Source: the human T2T-CHM13v2.0 reference genome, Homo sapiens
DNA: 64,000 nt
NCBI RefSeq assembly: GCF_009914755.1
Contig: NC_060934.1
Reading direction: 5' to 3' (one strand)
Shown here piece by piece: positions 44,621 through 58,821 of the stretch. A program made the translations under genes and the position numbers. Position 1 is the stretch's first letter. Each line of letters starts with the position of its first letter. The notes beneath the pieces are model-generated. The model did no database searches, had not been told where the DNA came from, and saw only the letters and a list, made by a program, of their open reading frames with translations.

Positions 44621-45309
44621 AAACAGCTGTGGTTTACCAGCACTGATGTTTCTTGACCACGCTTCAAAGCATAGCTTCAAGAGCAGGGTCGATCTTTCTT
44701 AATTACCCAGCTTCTGTGGCTATCATATATATAGCCTTGGGGCTGGAACAGAGGAGGGAGGCTCTTAGTAAAAGCCCTCGATGACAGTGGCAGTGTCATT
44801 CCCACTTTGCAGACATTCCATTCATTCTTACACTGTCTTTCAGCAGAACGTGGGACAGGTATTGTTGTGAGGGCCAGAAATGGGAGCTCTGATTTGGATG
44901 CCAAAATCAAAGTTAGGAAAGGGGCCAGTGTTTCCTGTTGCCCCCTAGATAGCCCCACATTGCTCTGCAAAACCGCAATAGTCACTTAACCCCCGGGCAC
45001 TCACACCAGGGGAAAAGAATGCTAACAGTTCCAACAAAAATACTTGAACTCTCTTCAGTTCCTTGCATCTGACCTTGATATTTTCCCTTGAAAATGAACC
45101 ACAGTAGCTCCAAGGAGTACAGGGAAAGGGACCAGATGGACAATAAGATAAGGGGTTTGGATTTGCCTAAAAAGTAGGACTAAACTTTGAACTTGGTTAT
45201 ATTCATAGTTTTTTAGCTATAGCCAAGCTTTTCCAAGTGTATAAAAGCTGCCAACAATCTTTCCATTTGTTAGGAACTGCACTTAGCAATTACCCTGCAT
45301 GTCAATAAA

Positions 45310-45470
45310 AACAAGGGCTTACTATGTACCAGGTACTGTTCCAATCACTTTACACATATTATCTCATTTATTATTATCCTGTGGAGATTCTTGTTAGGAT
45401 TAAATGAGATAATACATGGAAAGAACTACCTTTCTCCTCATTTACAAGTAAGGGAACTCTAGCTTGGAGA
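45310..45470. mobile_element. MIR with internally inverted segment
   Basis: Antisense MIR containing sense GGATTAAATGAGATAATACATG. Confidence 0.65.
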
Positions 45471-45644
45471 ACCCGGCCACATATTTTAAAGTATTTATGA
45501 AATATCATCTGCTTGTTTTCATCTTTTATGAAGATGCATCTAGGATACATCCTGGGCAAGTTGCCTGGACAATCTAGGCAATTGAGTTTCCTACTGAATT
45601 TCCTCAGAGAAGCTATCACAAAAAAGGTCAACCAAAGGCTAGGA

Positions 45645-46413
45645 CAGTAGTTCTTAACTCTGGATCTGGATCCGTATGAAAATCACTTGAAAAGCTTTGG
45701 AAACCTACTGATGCCCACATGACCCCAAATAATCTGATTTAATTAATTAATCTGAGGTCGGCCCTAGATACAGGTATTTGAATCTCTCTCTTTCTCTCGC
45801 TCTCTCTCAATCTCTCTCCGCGCGCGTGTGTGTGTGTGTGTGTGTGCGTGTGTGTGTGTGTGTGCATGTGTGTGTGTAAATCTGGCTCCTCAATTTTTCT
45901 TCTACTCTCAGCAGATTATTCTCAGTGTTGGACACTTCCCTTAGAAAGGAGTGCTAATGAGTTGGTTTTGAGAGTTCACAGGGGCTGCATTGCTCCAGCC
46001 CCTTCAGACTTGCTTACCACAAGCCTCTTGCATGCAATTGCTATTGGAAAGAGCAAGAGCCTTCCCAGGTTCAGCAACTATTCTCAAGTCAGCTCAAAGC
46101 TCTGTTCATTATTTTGGAGTTCTGTTGTCTCTCCGGCCCCTCCATGCTTCCTCTGTTGATTTTCTTTGCTTTCTACTGCAGAAATGCTACTACCTGAACA
46201 TCTTGTAGCTGCCGGTAGGCCTCTACCTGGTGTATTTGTGGGTTCTTGAAGACATCTCGTCACCTAGTTTGGTTGTAAATGTTGTGAATGGGATTTTGGC
46301 TTTACTACCTGTGTGCTCTGTTTTAATACAGAGATTTGAAGAGACTGAAAAATGATGCCTCCATGTTTCCAGAATCTTCCCAAGTTACTCTAATATGCAT
46401 GGTTGAAAACCAT
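45645..46413. mobile_element. MER5A-type hAT element split by ~590-bp insert
   Basis: CAGTAGTTCTTAAC..AATCACTTG..CTGATTTAATT; resumes CCCAAGTTACTCTAATATGCA..GGTTGAAAACCA. Confidence 0.6.
45783..45877. repeat. Compound (CT)n-(CG)4-(TG)n microsatellite
   Basis: Seen directly. Confidence 0.92.
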
Positions 46414-46747
46414 GATTTGGGAGGATGTCCAGAGTACAGAGGCTTGTTGTTAGAAATAGGAATTCCCAGATTTGAAGACCAGACCTAAACAAGGTCTATG
46501 GCCCTGGTAGCAAGCCCATGGAATTGACTGGAAACAAACAGGTCAAAAGCCTAAAACTAAAGTTTTTAGGAAGGTGTGATACAAAAGTTATTCAAACCTG
46601 GCCAACAAAACTTATGATTGATTAACCTCCAGGGTTATAGCCATATAGTTTCAGAACTACCACCAACAGATGAGACAAGCTAAAGCTGTGCAGGCTCAGA
46701 AAAAGCCTCCTTCCCAATGTCTCTCTTATGAAAAATAATGTACAAGA

Positions 46748-47056
46748 GGCCGGGGGCAATGGCTCACACCTGTGATCCCAGTAGTTTGGGAGGCCAAAGC
46801 GGGCAGATCGCCTGAGGTTGGGAGTTCGAGACCAGCCTGGCCAACATGGCGAAACCCCACCTCTACTAAAAATACAAAAATTAGCCGGGCATGGTGGCGG
46901 CGCCTGTAGTCCCAGCTACTCGAGAGTCTGAGGCAGGGCAAATCACTTGAATCTGGGAGGCGGAAGTTGCAGTGAGCTGAGATTGTGCCATTGCACTCCA
47001 GCCTGAATGACAGAGTGAGACTCTGTCTCAAAAAGAAAAAGAAAAAGAAAAAAAAA
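46748..47056 (+). mobile_element. AluSx
   Basis: Full dimer; TSD GTACAAGA. Confidence 0.9.
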
Positions 47057-47304
47057 GTACAAGACAGAACCTTTTTCTCATTCCCCAAAAGGCAAAACCA
47101 GGTGCCAGGGAGAGTCCCCCCAGAACACAGAACTTAGGGATACCAAATTGGTTGGCCAAAAAACTAACTCCACTTTCAGACCAAGAAACAGAATTCCCAT
47201 CTGTGAGGATATGACATACCTTGTTTACCATGATCTTCTTTCCCAAATGGAAGGATTTAATGTATGTGCCCTCTTCTTTTCCCATGTTTATAGGTTAATA
47301 TAGG

Positions 47305-48555
47305 ATACATTTATCGTTTGCGACTGATATATTTTCAACATTCATCCTACGTCTTGGATAACTTCTCACATTATGAGTTCTACATTCCCAAGGTAGAATA
47401 CAGGAAATTCACATCCCCAGAATCCCTTGCCTCTACAGGGCAGACACATAGCTTAACTTCCACCTATCAGATACACCCACGGGAAATGTGAAAACAGAAA
47501 AGAGCAACAATGAAGAATTGAGATGAATCTTTCAGCAACTGTGGAGGCAGTGTTTGGTTCTGTAACCGCCCAACGGGTTCTCCTTGCCTGATGCCTAGAC
47601 AGAGCCGATTTATCTAGATAGTGGAATTGCAATAGAGAAAGAGTTTAATTTACACAAAGCTGGCTGGACAAAAGACCAGAATTTTATTATTACTCAAGTC
47701 AGTCCCCTCAAAAATTTGGGGATTGGGGGTTTTAAGGATGATTTGGTGGGTAGGGGGTCGGGAAGTGGGGAGTGTTGATTGATTGGTCAGATGAGATAAT
47801 AGGGAGTCGAAGTGGATTTTCCTTGTCTTCTCATCCTAAGTAGGATCACAGAACTGGTTGAGCCAAATTACTTAGTATGGGAGGCATCCTCTGGTGCATC
47901 AAAATGCAGCATCTGCAAAACATCTCAAGTGCTGATCTTAGGTTTTACAATAGTGATGTTATCCCCAGGAGCAACTTGGGGAGGTTCAGAATCTTACAGC
48001 CTCCATCCCCACGACTCCTAAACCACAATTTCTAATCTTGCAGCTAAGTGGTTAGTCGTACAAAGGCAGACTAGTCCCCAAGAAAGAAGGGAGTTTGTTT
48101 TGCAAAAGGACTATTATCGCCTTTGTTTCAAAGTTAAACCATAAACAAAGTTCCTCCCAAAGTTAGTTTGGCCTGCACCCGGGAATGAACCAAGGACGGC
48201 TTGGAGAATAGAAGCAAGATGGAGCCAGTTAGGTCAGATCTCTTTCACCGTCATAATTTTCTCAGTTATAATTTTTGCAAACGCGGTTTCAGTTCCATCT
48301 GGGCAATAGTGGTAGTGCTTCTGGCACCCAGCCCTTAAGTGCTGTAGAAGTCTGGTGGCAGTGACGGGAGTATTTTTGCTGGACCTGTATGTACCTGCGG
48401 CATGATTGGGCATTGTTCCTAATCTGTAGCTTTAGAATGTGGCTCTTTGGTCCCCTTTGAGATGCTGTTTGCTATCTGATGTCATTTACTAAATTCATTT
48501 TTTGTTTAATATAGTCCAGTAGATTCCATTGTTTGTAATTGAGAATCCTGAGCAA
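47305..48555 (+). mobile_element. LTR33-like ERVL LTR (host of LTR8A)
   Basis: TCCCTTGCC..AGGGCAGACACAT..CCTATCAGATACACCCAC; TAAATTC..TTGTTTGTAA 3' end. Confidence 0.5.
47561..48291 (-). mobile_element. LTR8A (ERV1) solo LTR, complete
   Basis: Antisense TGAAACCGC..TTTGCAAAAATTATAACTGAG start and GGGCGGTTACA end; 4-bp TSD GTTC. Confidence 0.85.
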
Positions 48556-48699
48556 TAACGTTGGAGTCAGTAATTTATCATTTAATCCTAATTTACTCAA
48601 TAATGAGGAGCTACATCCTGGCCTGGCATTATTAGCTGCAGAGGCTGGAGTTGCAGCTGGCTGAAGTTTGTGCCTCTCAGCTAAGTATGAGCATTTTGA

Positions 48700-49150
48700 A
48701 GGTGTGGATATTGATTAACAATATTCCCAACATCCACTCTCAACATCCACTCTTTCCCTCTTCCACTGTGTTGAAGCCAAGAGGTTTTAGTTGGATTAAT
48801 TCCATCCCCAGCTACTGGGATAGATCATGATTGGTCTAAAATAATCTGACAACAGTGATTGGTTCAGGGATGGACGAATTAGAACATAGTTTAGAACTCC
48901 TGTTCCATGGTTATGGGAGGTAGCAGGATCTGCCAGCAGCCGTCTTGGGACCCTGAAGGAAACCATCTTGAGCGTGAAGCCGGTCACAGAGGTGGGTAGA
49001 GGTAAGACAGCCACAGAAATAGAGCCAGATCAAACTGCACTTGAAGCCTACTACCTATGAACCTTTTAGTTATTACTGAGCCAGAAGATCCTTTTTAGTC
49101 ATAAGCCATTTTGAGCTGGTTTTTTTTCTACTTGCAACTGAAAACATCTC
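48700..49150 (+). mobile_element. Old MaLR/ERVL LTR
   Basis: GTGATTGGTTCAGGGATGG; TAAGCCATTTTGAGCTGG..ACTTGCAACTGAAA. Confidence 0.5.
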
Positions 49151-49284
49151 GATATAAAAACTGTGCAAGGTTTTTGCTCCTGTATGTAGCTTTGAAATAG
49201 CTGTGCTTATCATGGAGTTAGCATTTAGTCATCCCAACGGAGGGCAACATTTTGGTTCATTTCTTTTTAAAGTACTCAAAAGTT

Positions 49285-49600
<316 letters not shown>

Positions 49601-49830
49601 TTAACATATATTAAATTTGGTGCCAACTTGTGCTAGGCACTGGGCCGGTGACTGGAGATGGAAAGATGAGTAAGATGCAGTGCATGTTCTAAAAGATTCC
49701 ATTTTAGCAGATCTCAAAGGAACTTATGCCTCAAAAGTTCAACCTTGTTCTATCAGTGAGAATACTGAAATTCAGAGAAGTCTCTTACCCAATTGTTAAC
49801 AGCACCGGGACTGGAAGCAAGGTTTATCAG

Positions 49831-50256
49831 TGTATTCGTCCATTCTTGCATTGATATAAAGAAATACCTGAGACTGGGTAATTTCTAAAGAAAAGAGGTT
49901 TAATTGGCTCATGGCTCTGCAGACTGTACAGGAAATATGATGCCTATATCTGCTTAGCTTCTGGGGAGGCCTGAGGAAACTTACAATCAGGGTAGAAGAC
50001 CGAGGGGAAGCACACAAGTCACATGGCTGGAACAGCAAGAGAGAGAGAGAAGGAGAAGGTGCTACACACTCTTCAACAATCAGATCTCATGAGAATTCAC
50101 TCACAATGGCAAGGACAGTACCAAGGCGATGATGCTAAGCCAGTCATGGGAAATCTGCCCTCATGATCCAGTCACCTCCCACCAGCCCCTATCTTCAGCA
50201 TTGAGGATTACAATTCAATATAGGATTCTATGGGGACACAGATCCAAACCATCTCA
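49831..50256 (-). mobile_element. MSTA (MaLR) solo LTR
   Basis: AAGAAATACCTGAGACTGGGTAATTT..GACACAGATCCAAACCATCTCA. Confidence 0.88.
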
Positions 50257-50291
50257 GCCAGCTACAAGCCTGTGGTAATTTTGATTTGATG

Positions 50292-50377
50292 CCAGTTATA
50301 TGAGATGCCTTAGATACTCAATGCAAATGTTTATTTAAACATTAGCATTGCGTATCTAAGGCATCTCATATAACTGG
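50292..50377. repeat. Near-perfect inverted repeat (42-bp arms, 2-nt spacer, 2 mismatches)
   Basis: CCAGTTATATGAGATGCCTTAGATACTCAATGCAAATGTTTA-TT-TAAACATTAGCATTGCGTATCTAAGGCATCTCATATAACTGG. Confidence 0.97.
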
Positions 50378-51328
50378 GGTGTTCTGCTATAGAGTTTGGA
50401 TGTAGGTATATGTAAATTTCCCAACCTCTTGCAATAGCCTCTAAAATACAACAGTGGGATAAACAGATCCTCAGATTAGTAAGGAATCTATTTCCCACCC
50501 TCAGAACACCTTATTCCCTATAAACCCAAGGCTCTCACAGGGAGCTCCCTAACTCACATCCAAGGGCCAGCCCTGGTTGCTTGGACATAACAAATCCCAG
50601 ATCGTACTCACATTGCCATTGCAGCTGCTGGCACTGGAATAAGTTGTCACTGTTGGGTCCAGAGAAATATGGATGGTGCTGAGTTTCCCACTTTTGAGAC
50701 CCCCACTATCAACATTGCCCTGGGATCCCAGTGTTAGAGCTCTTTAGGTTCACTTCTAAATCCTTTCCCATTGGGCAAAAAGCCTTGCCCAGGATGACTG
50801 AGAAGGAGAGGCTCCAGCATCTGCTGCTGGAACCGTGCGTGGTTCTCCTTTTATCACTGGACTTAGTCAAGGGGCCTGACCACTATCACATTGGTTTCTG
50901 CCTTTGGGGCAATTTTATCCAGAGAGCCTCAATTGCCCATATCTGTCACTAAGTCTTTGTCAGGGCCATCCCAACTTTTAATAGCACTTATTCTGCAGGA
51001 AGAAGCATTGAGATCTACCATCATCTTTCTCTGAAGACTTGTGAATTCCTAATGGATATTACCTTTGGGTCACACAGCAGCCATTAAGTTCCTCCTACCC
51101 ATTGGGTGTTTTCTGGTTTTTGGGTTTTTTGGGGGGTGGGGGAGCAAAATTAATTTCAATCACATTAGATACCCTATTATAAATCTCTATTGTCTTTTGG
51201 ATAGAGGAAAGTAATCTGTATCTTCTCAGGACAATAATATTTTAGATTCTCTTTGAAAAAGATCTCACTGAATTGTTGAAATTCTAAAAAACATCACCAT
51301 AAGGGCTAATATAAAATAAAATCTTTAA

Positions 51329-51629
<301 letters not shown>

Positions 51630-51651
51630 AATCTTTAACTAAATTGCTGAA

Positions 51652-52340
51652 TATGGTGGGCAGCCTCTACAATGGCTCCTGGTAAGTAAGCCCCACCTTT
51701 CAGCATGCATGCCCCTGTGTAATCCCCTCCCCTCAAGTGTGAGCTGGACCTACCTAGTGACTTGCTACCTAGTGACCTACCTAGTGAAAAAAATAATATG
51801 GTGAAATCGATGGACTGTCATTTTTTAGATTAGGTTACAAAAAGATTCTGACTTTTCTCCTGTTATCTGGTCTCTCTTTGATTTTTTTTTTCCTATTATC
51901 TGGTCTCTCTCTCTCTCTCTCTCCCCCCGCTGCCCCACCTGCTGCCCTACCTGCTGCCCCTCGTCTCTCTCCCTCCTCCCTCCTTACTCTGGGTGAAGCA
52001 AGCTGCCATGCTGTGAATAACCCTGTGGAAACACCCACAAAGAAATGGGGTCTCTGGCCAATAGCGAGTTTGGCTCTGAGGCCCGCCAGCAGCCACGTGA
52101 ATGATCTTGGAAGCAGTGTCCTCTGTGAAGCCTCGAGAGGACTGCAGACCTGGCCAACACCTTGATTTCTGTCTCTCTTGTGAGAGATCCTGGGTTTTCT
52201 TTAGGCTTATGAAGAGTCTCAGGCACCCAGACTAACTGCAACTGCATCCTGATTCCTGAGAGACAGTCTTGAAATGCATGTCTGCTGCTTTAATCCACTA
52301 TGTTATGGGGGTTGTTACACAGCAATAGATAGCTAATACA
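51652..52340 (+). mobile_element. MLT1 (D/E/F-type) LTR with internal micro-duplications
   Basis: GGTGGGCAGCCTCTACAATGGC start; GTTACACAGCAATAGATAGCTAATACA end. Confidence 0.75.
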
Positions 52341-52439
52341 CTGAGTATTTGTAATACAAGGTATTTGGCTTTATGTAAGACTCTGGCTTCAAGAGTGTTT
52401 GCATTCTTTGAAATCTTTGTTCATACTTGGAGGAAAAAT

Positions 52440-52630
52440 CAGTGACTCTGACCCAGGAAATCGCTCCCTGAGCCTCCCAGCTCCGCTGCTGATTGACAGA
52501 GCATCTCTGGGTTAACCACCTTCAGATTCCCCATCTTTAAAAAAGGTATGATCATTTCTACCCTACTTTTCAGAGTTACACCAGTGGAAATAATACATAT
52601 AAAGCCACTTCTAGCAAGTGAAGCGCTGCA
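52440..52630 (+). mobile_element. MIR
   Basis: TTCAGATTCCCCATCTTTAAAA. Confidence 0.5.
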
Positions 52631-53694
52631 CACACATGAAATGTATTGTTTTTAAAAGCCAGTCTTGGCCCCGTTGCCATTTTCTGTTCTTTTCCTCTAA
52701 ATACACCCACCCTTCGTACAATCCCAATTGTGCCGTGTTGTGTTTAGCCTGAGAAATACGACCGATTGAAACTGTACACCACCTGGCAAGGCTAAAGGCA
52801 GCACTGGGTTGCTACTGAAATGCAGTGTGTTTTCAAAGCATTTTTCCCTCCTCTAGGGAGTCGGTTGTCAGAGGACATCCTGGCTTGCGGAGATGAGCAC
52901 TTCCTCCCGGGAATTGGGTGGAGCCAGGGTTGAGGTCCTTCCTGGTGTTACTCGTCTAACTGAAGCCTCTTTTCTGTTAAGTAGACAAAGAAAGGGCCTC
53001 ATGACTTCCTGCATCCTATTCTCCGGGGTGTCATCCTTGTAAGGAAATACTGACTTTAGAGAGGAAATGTGTTTGTGAAAATAGAAATAATAATTAAATC
53101 ATGTAACTCAAAAGAACAAGATGCATGAGGTTTTTAAAGAAACTAAAGAAAATCCCACTGAACCAAATCTAAATCCAATCATATGAATATCTGACTTAGC
53201 TCAGTTAATTAACATGATTTATCAAACAATAGGTGTCCAAAATATTTTTGTGGTGTTTAGGCACTTTTCTGCATTTTGTGAAATGTCTACAGTGAATATG
53301 TAATACTTTGGTGATGGAAAATGGAGAGGAATCAATTAGAAAAGCCTTCAGTAAATAGTACAGAGAGTATTTTCTTATTTTTGCTAAAAGAAATGCAAAA
53401 ATGATAAGCTTGAAACAGATGAGTGGGAAGGAGTAGGATGGGAGGGGGGATGGAAATGAGCCTTCTCAGAGTACAACTTTTTATATCATTTTGATTTTTG
53501 AAACATATAAATGTTTTACATATTCAAAAAACAAAATTAAATCCAAAAGGATTTTTCAAATGCTAAAATTGAATGCAAACAGAAGTAAGCATAAATATAG
53601 ATATCAAATTAAAAATAACCACAGAGAGAAAAAAAGTATTTCAAGTAACTTTTAATTTTAAAAATCTTTTCATGCTGGCTAATTCAAGTTACTT

Positions 53695-53851
53695 TTCTTT
53701 CTTCTTCCTTTTTTTTTCTTTTTTTTTTTTTTGCAGAGGTGAGATCTTGCTCTGTTGCCCAGGCTGGTCTTGAGCTCCTGGCCTCAAGTGGTCCTCCCAT
53801 TTTGGCCTCCCAAAGTGCTGGGATTACAGGCACAAGCCTCTGTGCTCAGCC
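53695..53851 (-). mobile_element. FLAM_C
   Basis: Antisense monomer with poly-T. Confidence 0.8.
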
Positions 53852-53959
53852 CTCAACTTACTCTTATTTCTGACTGCCATCTGTAATGGGATACAGGCTA
53901 AGGCCAAAAAGAACGGTAAATAAATATGAAACTTGACTTAATAGTTTTGTTGACAGCAG

Positions 53960-54840
53960 TAATGTTAGTTCATTTTACAGGTCAACTTTACCAGGCCATG
54001 CGTTGCCCAGACATTAGTCAAACACTTTCGGTGTGTCTGTGGGGGTGTTTCTAGGTGAGAGTGACATGTGAGTTGGTAGAATGAATAAAAGCAGACTGCC
54101 CGACTGTGGGTGGGGCTCATCCAATCAGCTGAAGGCCTAAGCAGAACAAAAAGCCTGACTCTCCCATGAATAAAAGAGAACTCCTCCTCCTAACTGCCTT
54201 CAGGTTGGGACATCATTTCTTTTCCTACCTTCAGACTTAAACTGAAACATTGGTTCTATCAGGGTCTCAAGCCTGCTGGCCATTGGCCTGGCTCTCCTGG
54301 GTCTTGCTGGCTGCAGATCTTGGGATTTGTCAGCCTCTGTAATTGCATGAGCCAATTCCTTAGAGTAAATCTATGTTTATTGTATACATTTATATTATAT
54401 ATGTTTATTGCATATATTATATATAATATATGTTTATATGTTTTTTATATATATACATATAAAAATTATATATGTTTGTTTGTTTTGAGACAGAGTCTCA
54501 CTCTGTCACCTAGGTTGCAGTGCAGTGGTGAGATCTCAGCTCACTGCAGCCTCCACCTCCCGGGTTCAAGTGATTCTTGTGCCTCAGTCTCCTGTGTAGC
54601 TGGGATCGCAGCCATGTGCCACCACGCCCGGCTAAGATTTGTATTTTTAGTAGAGATGAAGTTTCACCATGTTGGCCAGGCTGGTCTCAAACTACTGGGC
54701 CTAAGTGATCCACCTGCCTCAGCCTCTCATAGTGCTGGGGTTACAGGCATATATATATATGTTTATAGATACACATATAAAAACACATACACATACACAC
54801 AGATCCTTTTGGTTCTGTTTCTGTGGAGAACCCTAACACA
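53960..54840 (+). mobile_element. MLT2 (ERVL) LTR, split by Alu
   Basis: GGGCTCATCCAATCAGCTGAAGGCCT; TTGGTTCTGTTTCTGTGGAGAACCCTAACACA. Confidence 0.8.
54475..54750 (-). mobile_element. AluS, 5' truncated
   Basis: Antisense dimer inside the AT microsatellite of MLT2. Confidence 0.85.
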
Positions 54841-55025
54841 ATGTAACTCTAAAACAGTTCTATTTTTATTTTGGATAAAGCAAATAATCTACTTAGGAAA
54901 CAAGATTCTCTCTGTAAGAGAAAAGAGATGAAATACAAAAGAGATGAAAATACAAAATAAAGGAAGATAAGAGAAGTCCTATACTATGACATTTGTGCAG
55001 GAAATGTCATTAAGAACTCATGACT

Positions 55026-55323
55026 GGCTGGGCGCAGTGGCTCACGCCTGTAATCCCAGCTCTTTGGGAGGCCTAGGCGGGTGGATCACGAGGTCAGGTG
55101 TTCGGGACCAGCCTGGCCAAGATGGTGAAACCCCGTCTCTACTAAAAATACAAAAATTAGCTGGGTGTGGTGGCAGGCAGCTGCAATCCCAGCTACACTA
55201 GAGGCTGAAGCAGGAGAATTGCTTGAACCCAGGGGGCAGAGGTTGCAGTGAGCCGAGATCATGCCACTGCACTTCAGCCTGGGTGACAGAGCTAGACTCT
55301 GTCTCAAAAAAAAAAAAAAAAAA
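55026..55323 (+). mobile_element. AluSg-like
   Basis: TSD AAGAACTCATGA. Confidence 0.9.
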
Positions 55324-55329
55324 GAACTC

Positions 55330-56990
<1,661 letters not shown>

Positions 56991-58419
56991 GGAAGAAGGT
57001 ACTGATGATAATACTTGGTGAAAATCAAGTGAGGTTGCTGCAGGAAACATAATGATGGACCCGTACTGTTTGATAAGAATAGTAACTTCCCCCACAGCTG
57101 GGGAGGAGCACAGCTGTCAGTCAAGGATCACCCTGTGAGGCTGAGTGTGCAGCATTACTGCAAAACAGCAAACCTAATCCACGTGCCCCAGGCCATTGCT
57201 ACAAAAGCAATGGGCGCTCTTCCCGGGCAGCCCCATGTTCCAGGGAGCCAAAGCTTGCAGCGTGAGAGGGTCTCTTTTTGGAACAAAGGTCGGTGAGTGA
57301 AGTCAAGTCCAGGCTTGGTTTTGAGAGATCACATGTCAGTTGCACAAACAGGACGAGAAGGCAGCAGAGTGAGTGGCGGAAAGGAATGTGCGGCTGAAGG
57401 AGGAAACGTGGGCTCAGAGCTGGAAGCTTAATATAATTTTATACATAACAGCAATGTTTCCCAATTTCCGGGAGATATTTTGGCTATTGCTGTTAACAGA
57501 GGACTTTCTGTGACCTCTCAGTGTGTTTCAGTTCTTTCACCTGTCTCTACCCTCTCTGCCCCCCGCGTACTCAATGATTTCCAAGACCTCTGCTCCCTCT
57601 CCCTCCTCCACAACACTAAAAGAAAAACTGTGCAGCTATTTTCCCCAATGCCCGTTCAGGGCTTTCAGGCCCCGCCTTCCCTGAAGAGCCTCCTCTGTTA
57701 CAGGGGTTTTGAAAGAACCACATGGAAACCTAGAGATTCCCAACTGGGCACAAATAATTATGGTTTCACTGTGTGAACGAGAATCATATATTTTTCAAGT
57801 TCCCTGTTGGATTGACTGTTTTTAATTTACTACAAGCAAAAACCTCATCAATGTTTAAAGGGTGTGATCAAAATACACACATAGGGTGGCATTCATTTTT
57901 TGGGTAGGTGTCTATTTGTATTCCTATGTGCCATGAGGGGTAGACTGAGATGAGCCGATGCCACCTGAGCAGTTCATCAGAGAGAATAGACCAGACGCAG
58001 AGCGCCTCACAGAATGCCCCGCGGCTCCACTGCTTCCATGAAATCTGTTCAAAATATTGCTTGTGGCTTTCCACAAACTAATTGCCTTGAAAAATCAGAT
58101 TATAAATGTTAGTGAGTTCAGGGATAACATTGCTGCTTTTGTTAATCCAACAAGTCCCTGTCTCCATAAAAGGTCCGTGTGCCCCATGAGTACTAAATAT
58201 ATGTAGACTTAATACCAGCTAAAACGATTTACGCTCCTTTTTGTACTGGGAACATGGTTTTGCCGGATGGTATCACAAGCTGGCTACATCTGCTTTCCTT
58301 TCCACCCCGGCTGCTAAGATGTTCAGAGCCAAATTTGAAAGCCACCTCTACCAATGCAGTCAAAGCCTTATGACCTACATTTGGGTTACTATTCTTATTT
58401 TTGCATCCTCGTGATTTCT

Positions 58420-58567
<148 letters not shown>

Positions 58568-58719
58568 TAGCTCTGTAAGTTGCTTGGAATCCTTCTTTGA
58601 ATGAGGAGGTGTATAAGGGATGGGAAACACACTGGTTGAACATAAAACAGGAGAGGTTGCTCAGGCTCCAGTTGCCCTCAGTTTGCATATTCATCAGGGG
58701 ACCATGGGGTGCTCTTTGC

Positions 58720-58821
58720 CCTATTTAGGGACAATAGGATGCACACCAGCAAACCAGCAAGCCTGAGCCCAAATCTTATATAAGAGCAGCACATATATGG
58801 AGAGCAGCTCTCCATAAATGG
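58720..58821. promoter_or_regulatory. CArG (SRF) box cluster, candidate enhancer
   Basis: CCTATTTAGG (58720), CTTATATAAG (58775), ACATATATGG (58791), CCATAAATGG (58812). Confidence 0.55.

Noticed and set aside
54320-54931. Longest ORF (203 aa)
   Set aside because: Read-through of MLT2, an AT microsatellite and an antisense Alu ([10 protein letters not shown]..., FHHVGQAGL); starts at TTG; not a gene
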